Source: Amoebophrya sp. A120 (lineage: Eukaryota > Protista > Dinoflagellata). From it: 64,000 nt of DNA. Shown one piece after another: positions 23,717 through 36,000 of the stretch. The DNA lies in assembly GCA_905178155.1 (NCBI GenBank), contig CAJINV010000001.1, positions 11,092,311 to 11,156,310 of the forward strand, written 5' to 3'. Under the pieces are notes generated by a model, which was given only the letters and a program-made list of their open reading frames with translations, had not been told where the DNA came from and did no database searches. The position numbers and the translations under genes were made by a program. The stretch's first letter is position 1. Every line of letters starts with the position of its first letter.

Positions 23717-26368
23717 GTGTCATTTTTGTCAAAATATCTGCTGCTGGGTGACTTCAACGCCCGCCTACCACTAAACACTGACAACACGGGAAAATGGGGC
23801 CGGGAAGCAGTTCCCAACCAAAACACGCACCTGCTGGAGGCCTTCCTCCGCGAAAACCAGTGCTGCAGCCTGGCCTCGTATTTCCGGCACAGTCACCGCG
23901 CCTACGCGACCTGGCGCCACCCCGGGCACCAAACGCTGGGGCATCGCGCTTACCACCAGATCGACCATGCCATCGCGCCTCACACCTTCAGACCCGCGGT
24001 AAAGGACTGCAAGGCGATGGACGTGGCGGAACAAGCAAAATACGACCACCGCCTGGTGGTCGTGAAAGTCAGCCAGCGCGACCTCCAGTGGTTCGGGAAG
24101 AGAAAAAAGCAAAAACCAGCGCCCCGCCCACCCAAGGGCAAGGCCACCGCAGCCACTGCAGATGAACAACTCGCCTACAACTCCGCCTTCGAAAAAGAAC
24201 TAGTCAAGGGCGAGTCACTGCAGAACAGCATGCGGGAAGCCGGCGCGCAAGTCTTCGGCAAAAACAAAAAGGAACGCAAGCCATGGATCTCGCCGGAGTT
24301 CCTGGACCTATGGCAAGAACGATGCCGGCTTCTTGCAGCAGGAGAAAAAGCAGAAGCGAAAATCATCTTGAAACAGATGAAATGGGTGGAGCGCAAGGAC
24401 CGCAGCGCCTTCGCGGAGCGAGTCTGCGAGGACGCGGAAAACTTTTTTGAACAACGGGGGCAGTCGCCAGCCATCGCGGAAATCGCGAAGCTTGGAGGGA
24501 AAAAGAAGCAGCCAACAGGCCCGGCCTTCAGCGAGCCGCTAACGCACAGCGGCAAGACGGAATTCATGGCGGAGGGGAAGGCAGAACTGCGTCGGCAGTT
24601 CTATGCCGATGCTTTCACCCGCCCAGAACCAGAGCTGTTGCCGGCGCTACCAAAAAATCCTCCTTCACAGCCAAAAAACAACGCAACAAAAAGCCAGGCG
24701 CTTCATCGCATTTCGGAAAAAGTCGACGACGAAATGATCAAAAGCGCGATAAAGCGGCTGCAGTTCGGAAAAGCGGGCGGGGAGGATCAACTAGTAAAAG
24801 AGCACTACGACCTCCTGGACGAAAAAAACAAAAAGTTGGCGCGGGACAAGGTGCGGCAGTATTGGGAAACCAAAACGCTAGATCCGGGCGAGGTGGACTC
24901 GCTGATAACGGTACTGCCGAAACCGGGCAAGGACCACGGCGAGGCGGCGGGGTGGCGCCCGATAGCCTTGCTGAACTTCTTGTCAAAAGTGTATGCGTCG
25001 CTACTGTATCTGAAGATTGCGGGCCCGATCGGCGACATCATGTCGGAGAATCAGGCTGGTTTCAGAAGTTACAGGCGGGCGATCGACAACACTTTGGCCC
25101 TGCGCATTGCAGTACAAAACCACAAAAAAGCCGGCAAGGAGTTGCGTGGTCTGTTCGTCGACCTCGAGCAGGCCTCTGACACAATTCCGCGCAAGCTGAT
25201 AGCCGAAGCAATGCAGCACTACAAAATGCCCCAGCACACGCAGGACAGGTTTTGGGCCTTGTACAACGGCCACAGCTTCGCAGTAAAAAGGGACGGGGCA
25301 ACAAGCAGCAAAACAGAAACAAAAACCGGCACCAAGCAGGGCTGCCTCCTGTCCCCGATTATTTTCAACTTGTGCTTCCAGTATGTACTAGAAAGAGTAG
25401 ACCTAGGAGAGGGATTGAGCTTCATCTGCGGGGGGCTCTTGAACAGCAAAGAACAGCTCTTCACCATGCAGCTAGACCATCTGCTGTATGCGGATGACTT
25501 AGGAGTATTCTCGCAATCACTCGAAAGCCTGAAAGCAACCACCCAAGTCCTTTGCGAGAAATTTGCCGCCTTCGGCCTGCGGGTGAATTTCAAAAAGACC
25601 AAGTTCATGAGCTTCAACGCCCCAAACCAAGAAGCCCAGTGCATAGAAATAAACGGCAGCAAAATAGAGCGGGTTTCAGAATTCTCCTACCTAGGATCCA
25701 TCATCACAGAAGAAGGAACAGATGAGAAAGATATTGAGAACAGGATAAAGCTCGCTCAAAAGAAGTCCGGAGAACTAACCAAAGTCTTCAACAGCCGGAC
25801 CCTCTCGCCAGCGTTGAAAGTGCGAATTCTCAACGCCTTCGTATACCCGGTCCTGGCCTGGGGCTGCGAAACGTGGACGCTTCGGCAGAGCGACGAGCAA
25901 GCACTAGACACCTGGTGGAACAAAAAGCTGCGCCACTGCTTGGGGGTGACAAAATTCGACCACATCGAAACCACCGCCATCCGCCAAAAGCTAGGCGAGC
26001 GCGCTCTTTCACACAAAATCCGCGAGCGAAGGCTGCGCTACTTCGGCCATGTCGTGCGGTACCCGAAGAACCGCTGGGCGCGGATAATGCTCACAGCAAC
26101 AGTCCCGAAAGCACGACACGGCCAGAGCGCAACAAAAGCCTGGATCTCCGAAATCAACCGAGAACTGATCAAAAGACGATCCACACCAGCGGACTGCTTA
26201 AGCAAAGAGCTTTGGAGACAAATAGTATCTGGGAACAGCTATGGCACAGTAAAGCAAACAGCATCAACTTCTTCTTCTACATCTTCCTTCACCAACAGCA
26301 ACAGCATTGGAAATAGTCTCCCAATCCAGGCGATCATGAGACTGAGAGGTCGAAAAAGGGAATTCTAA
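23717..26368 (+). CDS. Partial AP-endonuclease plus reverse transcriptase ORF
   Basis: Endonuclease C-terminal motifs GDFNA, QIDH and DH; RT motifs WRPIALL, QAGFR, QGCLLSP, YADD and FSYLGS; RTE-type C-terminus (WGCETW, RRLRYFGHV). There is no true start: the ORF begins inside the target-site duplication. Confidence 0.93.
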   Translation: MSFLSKYLLLGDFNARLPLNTDNTGKWGREAVPNQNTHLLEAFLRENQCCSLASYFRHSHRAYATWRHPGHQTLGHRAYHQIDHAIAPHTFRPAVKDCKAMDVAEQAKYDHRLVVVKVSQRDLQWFGKRKKQKPAPRPPKGKATAATADEQLAYNSAFEKELVKGESLQNSMREAGAQVFGKNKKERKPWISPEFLDLWQERCRLLAAGEKAEAKIILKQMKWVERKDRSAFAERVCEDAENFFEQRGQSPAIAEIAKLGGKKKQPTGPAFSEPLTHSGKTEFMAEGKAELRRQFYADAFTRPEPELLPALPKNPPSQPKNNATKSQALHRISEKVDDEMIKSAIKRLQFGKAGGEDQLVKEHYDLLDEKNKKLARDKVRQYWETKTLDPGEVDSLITVLPKPGKDHGEAAGWRPIALLNFLSKVYASLLYLKIAGPIGDIMSENQAGFRSYRRAIDNTLALRIAVQNHKKAGKELRGLFVDLEQASDTIPRKLIAEAMQHYKMPQHTQDRFWALYNGHSFAVKRDGATSSKTETKTGTKQGCLLSPIIFNLCFQYVLERVDLGEGLSFICGGLLNSKEQLFTMQLDHLLYADDLGVFSQSLESLKATTQVLCEKFAAFGLRVNFKKTKFMSFNAPNQEAQCIEINGSKIERVSEFSYLGSIITEEGTDEKDIENRIKLAQKKSGELTKVFNSRTLSPALKVRILNAFVYPVLAWGCETWTLRQSDEQALDTWWNKKLRHCLGVTKFDHIETTAIRQKLGERALSHKIRERRLRYFGHVVRYPKNRWARIMLTATVPKARHGQSATKAWISEINRELIKRRSTPADCLSKELWRQIVSGNSYGTVKQTASTSSSTSSFTNSNSIGNSLPIQAIMRLRGRKREF

Positions 26369-26398
26369 GGCGATAACGTCGAACAGAATACATTCATC
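23730..26398 (+). mobile_element. 5'-truncated non-LTR retrotransposon (RTE-like LINE)
   Basis: Flanked by a perfect 15-bp direct repeat AAGTGTCATTTTTGT (23715-23729 and 26399-26413); contains one long endonuclease-RT ORF; ~30-bp 3' UTR ending in CATTCATC. Confidence 0.95.
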
Positions 26399-26733
26399 AA
26401 GTGTCATTTTTGTTTTTGTATACCTCCAGAAGAGTACGTAAGGCGGAACATTTTAAAAATTGCGTTGAGTGTGAGATGACGAAGGCAGGTGTACACACGT
26501 GCACTCCTGTTCCAATGCGCCACGCGGAGACGCGATGACGTGCCGGACCTAGACGACGCTTTTTTTGCATGCGCTCCAGAGAAGATCTCCAGAACGAGAC
26601 GCTGTGAAGCTAAAGTTTGAAATGTCGTAGTCAAATCAAGCACGATGACGAGCTATAGGATAAGAAACCAATAGAAGCAGCGGAGAATATGCAAGAGACG
26701 CACAAGAAGCAATAGCAATACACAGGAAGGATA

Positions 26734-29137
26734 ATGACTTTGTCCCTCAGCGCGTCTCCGCGCATTAATTCCCGCATGAAGCGTAGTGCGCTGCTCGTGC
26801 AACTAGCTTCACGCCGGGCGGTTATTTCAGTTGCGGCGTACGACTACCAAAACGCCACCGACCTGGGCGACGGCATTCGCGAGTTCACGGTGAACCACGA
26901 AGGGGTAGATTTGAAAGTCCAGGAGTTGGTCCAACAGCCGTCGTTTCTTGTTGAGCGTCAATCGGACTTCCACGACGCACAAGGAGATTCCTTAACCAAA
27001 CAAGCATGCGAGACGCTCTTTAACGAAGAGAATGAGCTAGCTGTACGACAAGCTTTCGAAAATCTCCAAAATCTTCACACTAAGGCGAAAAAACACACGA
27101 AGGCTTCACATAAGCACATGAAAGAGTACAACCATCACCATTCACACGCCATAGTGTCGCTTCTCGGCTTGTCGTCGGGCGCTCAGGCGGAGCGCGGATT
27201 CGCGGAGCGCGGATTCGCGAAGCGCAGCACGCGCGAGCACCAAGGCAGAGGCAGGAGGCACGGGAAGATGATGAAGGAGAAACTTCACGAATTGATCGCG
27301 CACGTGACGGAAAACTTTGAACACGGTTTTGAAGTGGCTCTGGAGGAAATGACGGAAATTGCGAGTATGTTTAAACAACGGACACAAGCTGCAGCCGCTT
27401 CGCTCTTCAATAAAGAACACGTACCAAACGACGCCAAACAATTGCTTTCGCAATTCATCACAACGTTTTCTGACAACTTGAATGAACTGAAGCGAAGCGC
27501 GGATAGCACCTTCAATTCGAAAGTGGCTGAAGGCGCGAGGCACTTGACCCACACGACAATGCATTTGGTGCACACCCACTTGACTGATGCTCTTATCGGT
27601 CTGAAGAACGGGGTCGAGGCTAAAGCGGTGAGCGCGGTCTTCAGCCACGTGCCCTCGTTTGTAACCAACAAGATCCTCGACGCGGTGGAAAAGGGTACCG
27701 GCGCCGAAGAAAAGTTGATACAGGTGTGTCAATTTTTGGAAAATCTCAGCGAAGTGGCCATTCGCAAGACCGTGGACCTGACCGTCCAAATTGGCGCTAC
27801 ATTGCAGACCGTGATATTCGGGGTGTTTCACTCAATGGACGACAGCACGCACGGCATCACCCCGGAAGCCAAGCACCAGGGCCTTGTAGAATCTCTTGAG
27901 GGCGCAATCGAGAAGCGCAACCACGCCTTTCGGCGCACGAGATCTGGGGAGCTCTCTGGGAGTTCGTACCTGCAGGACCTCGAGGAGCGGCTGTTGCCGC
28001 CGCCCCCCCCCCCCTCCTCACCCACCAATGCCCTCGGACCTCATAGCAACCGGGGTGGCGACGTGCTTCCGGCTTTATCGCAGGATTTCCAGGGTGGCGT
28101 GTCCGGGAACTCTACTTTCATCGGCCTCACGATGAAACCATCATTACCACCATTCGTGCAGGGTGCGTTCCAGAACATGCGGAAGGCTGTGGTGCATCAA
28201 GCGTTTGCTCTGGTCTTGGATCAAGTCGAGAACTTCCTGGGTGACAAGCTCGCGACCGTTCTCGCGTCGTTTCCACGAGGTGCGCATCTAGTGGGCGCAG
28301 CGTTTACCAGCATGGCGCACACGGTGTTTGACTCGTTTGAAGAACATGTCGTGGTACCCTTGTCCTGGGCCCTACCAGCTTCGAATGATGGTACATCACA
28401 CACAAAGAAGTGGGACGAAGCCAAAAAGGGAATCCTAAAAGATTTTCATGATGTCTATGACATGACTGTGAGACACGCCGTGTACGTGTACATCTCCGAC
28501 ATTGCGCACGCTGTTCTTTGCGCTTACAGCGCTGCGGTTCCGGTGCTTTTGGGGCCAACGTCGAAGGACATGCACATGAAAACGCATCTCTCGGTGTTGC
28601 AAAAGGAGATGTTTGCCACTATCTTCCCGGACGATCTCAGGCACGAATTCTGGAAAGACGAAGAGAAGATATTCGAGGATGCAGAAAACGAAAAAACAGA
28701 ATTAAATTGCGCAGCGTCGAAATCGTCGCAGGTAAGACCAATTGCAAGAAAAGTTGCGATGTTGTAGTAAAAATGCAATGGACTCCGATGAAATTACTAG
28801 TGCTAGCCCATAGCCATACCCAATGCATTTGCATGTGTGTTTTTGATGTGATGTGGTGGCGCAAGAACTTCTCTCGGAGTGGACGGGCGTTTCCTATTGA
28901 CCGTTCCAAGATCGGCACCGGCCTGAATTCTTTTCGAGTCCGCGTCTGAGTTTTTTCTCCAATGGAGCGCGCTCATGTGTAACAAAAGACAGACTAACTA
29001 ACTCCATGATCCAGGTTGTGCAGAGCAACAACGGCCCGCGGGGCCCCAGGCCGGCGAAGACGAACCGTTCCGTGCACCCCAAGATGAAAGATGTAATTGA
29101 TCAGGAGGTCCCTGACCCTGGACAAGATAAAGATTGA
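26734..29137 (+). CDS. His-rich, largely helical protein of unknown function, possibly secreted (2 exons)
   Basis: 677-codon ORF; GT-AG intron 28732-29014 (CAG|GTAAG, CTAAC branch-like motif, CCAG|GTT) adds a 40-codon exon ending at TGA 29135-29137. Start at 26734 or 26776. Confidence 0.7.
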
Positions 29138-31774
29138 GATTTTGGAGAAGAGTTGTTGATGGAGACAATCCGGCTTCAAGGGCGAAGAAGTGCAGTCGAA
29201 AGGCGTCTCAGCTCGCTAAGGAGTAAATTCAAACTTCCTGCACACGTACAAAAGCGGCGTTTTTCTATCCTGGAAAATTGACAAAATAGAACTGTCCTTC
29301 AAAGAAACTATAATTTAGAACCCTGAAGAGAAGTAACAACATGCGCGCGCAATAAGAATGCAGATACAGGAATTATGTTAGCAATGGCCCTGCGTTGGTG
29401 TTGGTGTAGCTTGTGGCTATCTTTCCTCGTAGCTAGGCTGACGGACACAGCCCGCCCCAGATCCGCGCGCCTACCAGCATCAGTAGCGTTTCCGGTCGAC
29501 GCTGTGCGATTCCTCCTCAGCTGCGTCTTGGAGTACCTGCTCTGGAGCCCCGCGGTGCTGTGCCCTCGGGGGCGGCTCCGGGCGAAAATTAGCAGAGCCA
29601 GTTCCGTTCTGTTTTGTTGATGTGCCAAGTGTCTAGCTGACCCAGGTACTTAATTGGTAGTGGTTCGCTTGCCGTTTCGATTTCATCATAAAGCGGGCGC
29701 CGGGCCCGCCCCGCCCAATTCGTCTAACTTTAAATGCACCCGATTCGCCGGAGCCTTGGGCCTCGACGCCCTGTGCCCCCCTTCGTATTGCCCGTTCCGG
29801 AAGCGCTTGAAAGCCGTTACAACTATCGAGACGTCCTGTTTCCTTGTCCCGTTTGCCGTCTCCATGCCCCCGTGGCAACTGGCTGCCACGTCCGATGACA
29901 AGGCTGACCTGGCAGAGGGGTAGACGGACTGACTGGTCGGAGTGGGTTGGCTGGCTCGCTGGTGTTGAAGCGAGTTCATTTTTTGAATTTTTCTAGATGC
30001 GATTTCATTTTCAAATGACCTCAAAATCGCAGTCCTATTTTGTGTCCAGTCAGTAGATTCAATCTGTGTGCTATGGTAATCAACCAAGAGCGTGGGGCTC
30101 CTGTGCGCCAATTTCCAAACAAGGAGAAACGATGCACAGGGGAATGCTCCGTTTCGCCATAGCATTGGGCTTAAATCTACTGGACACAAAAAAGCATTGT
30201 GATTTTGTCTTCTTAAAGGCAGGAGAATCTGAGCTGAGGCAGTCCTTTTTCTACCGGTGAGCTTTTTCGTCTGCGAAAACTTCGTGACCTTTCCCGCCGG
30301 CAAGAGTCTTCGTGATGGAGATCTCGCCTCGTATTTTCTCAGCCGCATACCGGCGGCGCAGAAATTGCTGCTGTGTGTGAATTCTGCAGAAGGTCAAAAT
30401 TGGCCAGGGCAAGGAGCTTGCGATACGAAATCAAAAGCAGCGACTCAAAAGATGGCGGGGCACTTGCTGCCAGCGTGTCCAAACTCGCACCGCATTAAGC
30501 CGGTCGCCTGGTTTCCATCGCTTCAAGCAAATTTCCGGCCGCAATCGTCCACCAAGCGGAGAGACGCGGCGCAGTGTCCTGCGCGAGTCCCCGGCGCGTT
30601 CCTTCGTTCCTTAAGCCCCCGCCCTGAAAAGCGCGCCACGCAGTTCGCAGCTTCCCCTCCTCGCGCGCACCAAAAGTTTGATCGCGCTACTCCGGTTGCG
30701 GGCGCCAGCGTGGGGCCGCGCCTCGGCCTGTTATATTTTCCGCGACATGCGCAAAGCCGCCTTAGCTTTTCGTGCGCCCGCCGTGGCAGGCTGGCTTCCT
30801 TCGTACTGCACGCGGTCGGGGCGCGCCCGGCGCCTGCGCATCTTCGCGGAGGGCTTGTTGTAGCCCTGCGCCATCTAAGCTAGCGTGTGTTGTGACGGCG
30901 CGCAGCCCTGGCTGCAAGGGGCGAATGGGAAGGCTCCGGGCAGGTAGTTAACGCCTGCCCCTGGTTACCAACCAACGTCAGTACCGGCGTGCAAAGTATG
31001 ATGTGGACCCAGGACCCGGGCGCCGCCGAGGGGGCGGGGGCGCGATCAGGCGTTCGGCTCGAAGCTGGCCAGCCCACAGCCGCCTCCTCCCATTGTCAAT
31101 GGGCGCAGCTCGCTGTTGGCTATGGCTGATTGATTCGGCGCTCGCGCCAAGCTGCACACCCAAGGCCCTGGGCTTCTGGCGTGGGGCGGTGTGTTTTCGA
31201 ATGGGCACGGACGCAGATTGTAGCCCGAAAGGGGCATGTCCGGACGAAAATCCAATACCTCTGCTGCGGCTCTTGCGCCGCATCGAACTCGATGCGACTA
31301 CAACGGGAGTAGCCAGCTTGCTCCATGTGCGTCGGGCGTTGCTTCGCTTTCAAGACATTCGATGAGTAAGCGTAGCGTGACGCGTGATAGATCATCCTGC
31401 CGGCGGCTGGATCATACCAGATATGTAAGTGTAACCCGGAAGTAGAATATGTATATGGCTTCAGTTAGCATTTCTTACCCCATTCTTTCGCTATTCGCTG
31501 ACTCGCCGTCAGGGACATTTTTTTATTGTTCAATGCTCAAGTACAAGTTGTGCCAAGTAGTTAAAGATAAATTATAAATTTTGAAGTAAAACAAGCTTAC
31601 ACATGTTTGTTAAAGTACACCGCAGCGTCCGTCATGAGACGAAATTTTACAAAGCAACAAGGCGACTACAGTTTGCTTTGATCCGCGAATGGCGGAAGTT
31701 TTTTTTTGAAAAAATTATGAATAGGAGGAAGCGCCAAGAATAACTCGAGCATTTCCGAAAAGATAAAAACAAAA

Positions 31775-31885
31775 AAGAAAATCCAAAAAAAGCAAAAAAT
31801 CCTCAAAGCCAAAAAAAACAAAAAATCCTCAAAGCCAAAAAAAACAAAAAATCCCCAAAGCCAAAAAAAACAAAAAATCCCCATA
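31775..31885. repeat. A-rich minisatellite with 26-bp period (AAAAATCCTCAAAGCCAAAAAAAACA)
   Basis: Units recur at 31801, 31827, 31853 and 31879. Confidence 0.85.
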
Positions 31886-33034
31886 CGTAAAAAGCAAAAA
31901 ATTGAAAAAGCAAAACTTACGCAGAGCTAAGTAAGTAGGTCACTACTGCTGGTGCCAGACAGGTTGCAGCGCTCGAAGGGATGTGGCACCTAATGTCAAT
32001 CCGCTCTGCAAGAGATCGCCGCTGCCGTGTTTTTCCCGCAGCGTCGCGCAGTGCATGAAGTTCAGCTTCAGACCAGTTTGGGCGCATGCTTGCATTGTTT
32101 GAGTTGCGAGTTGTGGACTCAGGCAACGGACGTGTCATTGAGGGCTATTCCGATCAATGAGCTCGAGTTTCCACCGGACTTCTATAGTTTTGAGCATAAA
32201 GATTAAGATAAATGACTGGCGTGACGACACAGAGTTTGACTTTAAATCTGTGCCGGAGAGCTGGAAAAGTCCGCACTTCGTGTGCCCGGAATTATTAACG
32301 GCCCTGCTCCGTCGATTGCGATTAGCATTAGGATGCGCATTTCGACGCAAGCGCGTGCGTTGCATCGGTATTAGCAGGCACCGAGAGCGCTACCGTGGTG
32401 CAGGACAAACGCGATGGCAGGCACGCTGAGGAAGAGCAGGCACGGTCGCCCACGAAGACGATTCTTCTTCGCAAAGCCACTGTGTGAAAGCCACCGGCGC
32501 GGCTCAGCCCACGAGGCGGGCAGCGCCAGGCCTGCGCCCAAAACCTGTGCGTAGCGTGATGCACGAGGCGGGAGCCAAGTAGTAGAAAAGAAGCCTGCAA
32601 GGGCAGCATCCGCGGGGCTGGATTCATCGAGGATGCCTGGCCAAGCTCTTAAGGATTTCTCGCCGGTGCGAATCAGCTGGGTTTCGCGTTCAATGTTTAT
32701 CGCAGGGGCCTGTGGATGCGGCCCGCCGCGGGCAGCAGTACTTTTGCGCGGCCCGGATGTAGAAGCAAGAGTGGCTGGCGCTCCCATAGGCCAGCTCGCC
32801 GCAGGGTGAATGCGATGGCCGCACTTGTTTCACCGCGCGGCACGCAGGCCCTCGCCCGGGTTAGGGTGATCGATGTCCACTCACGCATTTGGTTTATGCT
32901 GATATTGCGCTCGCCCGTGCCCGAAGATCTTGTTGTTGGTCTCAATCTCAATCGTGCCAAGACCGTGGCTCTCGCAAGAAGTAGAATGCAAGGCTTGCCG
33001 TCTTCTTTTGGGCGCGGTCCATTTCGAAAAATGG

Positions 33035-36000
33035 ATGCTGGATAATGTGGCTGTTGCGCCGCCGCGCATTCTCTCTAGTGTGCGCGCACCTGCACCTGCA
33101 GCACTGGTGATGTTGCTGAAGATTTTTGGGGTGCAACAGCTTGCACAACTTTCTGAAGGTAGCCTCGTGGCTTCGCACTCTCTTCTTACGAAGCAGTGGC
33201 TCGACGAACGCACAAACGGGCAGCTGCAGCACGATCCCGCCAGTCATGAAAAAAATTCAAATTACCGGGGTGGCACAGTTTTTCTCGACTCCAGTCACGC
33301 GTCTCCAAGCAGGAAGGACTTTTTTGGCGCTGAAAACCAGGCGGACTCCTCTGGAAAAGAAGAAGCTGCAGGCACGGAAAAATCGGCGCAAAAAGTGTCT
33401 GCAGAAGCCCTGAGCGATGCAGCTCCTTCTGATGTAGTGGAAGACGAAAAGGCGAATCCCGATGAGGACGACGGAAAGCAAGAGCCCGACCAGGCTGGAA
33501 CTGCCACTGACACTGCACCGTATGAAGTTGAAGAAAGCGAAGGTATTGTGTCCTCAGAACAAGCTACCCCGCCCGATGCAGAAGAAGATGCCTCCTCGGG
33601 CGGCGAGTTTGCAGCAAGTGCCGGGGATGATGGGGAGCCAGCATTTTCCACTCCGGAGGACGAGAGCAGCAAGACGGAGTCGGAGACCTACAACACTGGC
33701 TACAACGAAACGATAACAGAACAAAATATCGAAGACGCCGCTGCGACGGCATCGGCAGAGTCATCAAACTCCGAGGGCGAAGTTGAAAAAGAAGCCAGCG
33801 AGACGGAGGCTTCTGCGGATGAACCGACACCAGTTTCTGCTGACTCCTCTGACGACGGGTCGAGTCCGGGGGGACCGAGCAATCCGTCTTCTGCAAGCGC
33901 AACTGATCATGGCGACGGACTTTCTTCGTCCTATTCCTCTAGCAGTAAATCAGAACAGTCATTGCAGTCATATTCCTCCCAGTCTGGCGGAAGTCCGTAC
34001 ATTTTGGACGAGGTGTAGACTAGCTCGTTTATTCCTTTTCCCATGAAAAAATATGTCCTTTCCGGTCTCCTTCCATCGCGTGTTTGTAGTTTCGCCGGAG
34101 CTGACCTGGATTTTCTACCACCAGGGTTTTAGTAACACTGCTTTCCCTTCTTTCATTTTATTGTGTGATCATAGTGTCCAATTGTCGTGTTGTTCGAGAC
34201 ATATCCGTACCTAACCCTAAAATTGAATCTGAGATCGCGGCCACAACGAATTCCGCCATTGTCTCGCACGTGACCGAGCACCTCCTACGCGATGGGCAGT
34301 TTCAGTCCAAGCTGAGCCAGGCGATTCTGCAGCAGGACAGCTTCCGGGGGCAGTTTGTCGGCTGCTTGCAAAAGCGCGTGGTGGACGCGCTGGAAAGTGA
34401 CCCGGAGTTTGTTCGGGACACACAAGATCTGCTGATCCCTCAACTGCTCGACTACTTGTTGGCCCAGAACTACCGGCACTGGCGCGGCGAGATCATGGAG
34501 ACTCTGATCAACAGCAGTAAGTTTCAAACTTCCGTCTATGCCCATATGGGACGATAATTTTCAAGCGTTACATTGTTTGCTGTAGTCAGTACATGATTTG
34601 TCATGCAAAATTTCAATCAGCATGAGCATCAGCATCCATATCCAACACCAACTCCAAGCTACTTCGCATGGCATCAAATTCTTGAAGGGCCAAACAGCAT
34701 GGAAATCTGTGTCGAATTTGTAATGCGAGAGGTGCACCAGCAGCAGCCTCATTCTGATCGCTTTCACTTTTATTGCCATTTTTGTCTTACCAATTCACAT
34801 TCCAGCTTACAATGTAACGCTTGAGAACTCCATAGCGCACCTGGTCGACGTGACGGCACAGGAAGCGACGCACAATTCCCCACCGCCGAGTTTCCAGAAC
34901 CCGGACTCCGGCGCAAACTACGACTCGGTCGACAACTACAAAGGGTTGCAGACGGTAGATTCCTCTTCACAGGGCACCGACGTCTACTACAAAGATACTG
35001 AATCCTCCTCGCCCCTCAACGCGGTGCCAACGCAAGAAACGTCGCAGGGCCCGGTGGTGTCGGTTACAAAGTCAAGCTCATCTTCCGCCAGCGTCTTTCT
35101 GCAGCTGCGACTGGAGGAGGAAGAGGGGGCTAGCGGAAGAAACTCCCAAACCGCATCAATGCAGGAGGTGATCGAGATGAACGAAGGTGAACGTCGGCGT
35201 AATAAAGAGGGGTCGGATGCCGCGGATTCAGCTTTCGGTGAAGGAAGGCAGGACCTCTCCAGTCTGGTTTTGAAACCGCACGAGACGGGCGAAGATGCAT
35301 CGAGGACATCGAGGAAGCAAGCTACTAGTTTACGAAACGCCTACCAGAATTACAAGGCGAAGACTTCTGCGTCGACAGGCCTCCCGATGTCAGCGCCTTC
35401 GAAGAACAAAAAGGAGCATAGCAGTGGAGGGAGGACGTCAGCGTCACCCAAGAAGCTGCCAGGAGGCCACCAGCCGCACGGCGGGGTCAAAGCGAAGATC
35501 GAGGGCACCGACGAGCCGATGCAACGCCAACGCTCCCAGCAGCACGACATCGAGCTACGGGGGCATAGTGAAAAACAAAAACAGGGAGAAATTGATAGCT
35601 TACGTCAGCGCCTCCACGATATCGAACGTCTTCGAGAGGAGATCCAGCTGGAACACACGAAGACGAAGGAACTCAAGAGAAGCGACATGATTGCCAGCTC
35701 AACAGCTGCGAAAGGGACGTCGAGAGCAAATGTTCGCGGCGGGGAACAGCTGATAAGAACCACGCGCGCAGCCGATGCGGTGGTCGCGCAGAAATTGAAT
35801 GCAGTTTCCGGCAAGGCAAGCGAGCAAATTGCTGAAGCTGAAAATGACTCACAAGGGCACGACGAGGCGAGTCGGAATAGTTCCGATGCGGCTGCTAGCG
35901 GCGATATCATGTCACCAGAGATTGATGAAACTGCAAAAGGCGCTGTCGACCACGGTGAGCTTCCAGCCAATTTTGAAGAAGAGTTTGCGTCGGCGTTCTC

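Noticed and set aside
23717-26368. Group II intron, retron or DGR reverse transcriptase
   Set aside because: The AP-endonuclease remnant, RTE-type C-terminus and target-site duplication identify a non-LTR retrotransposon.
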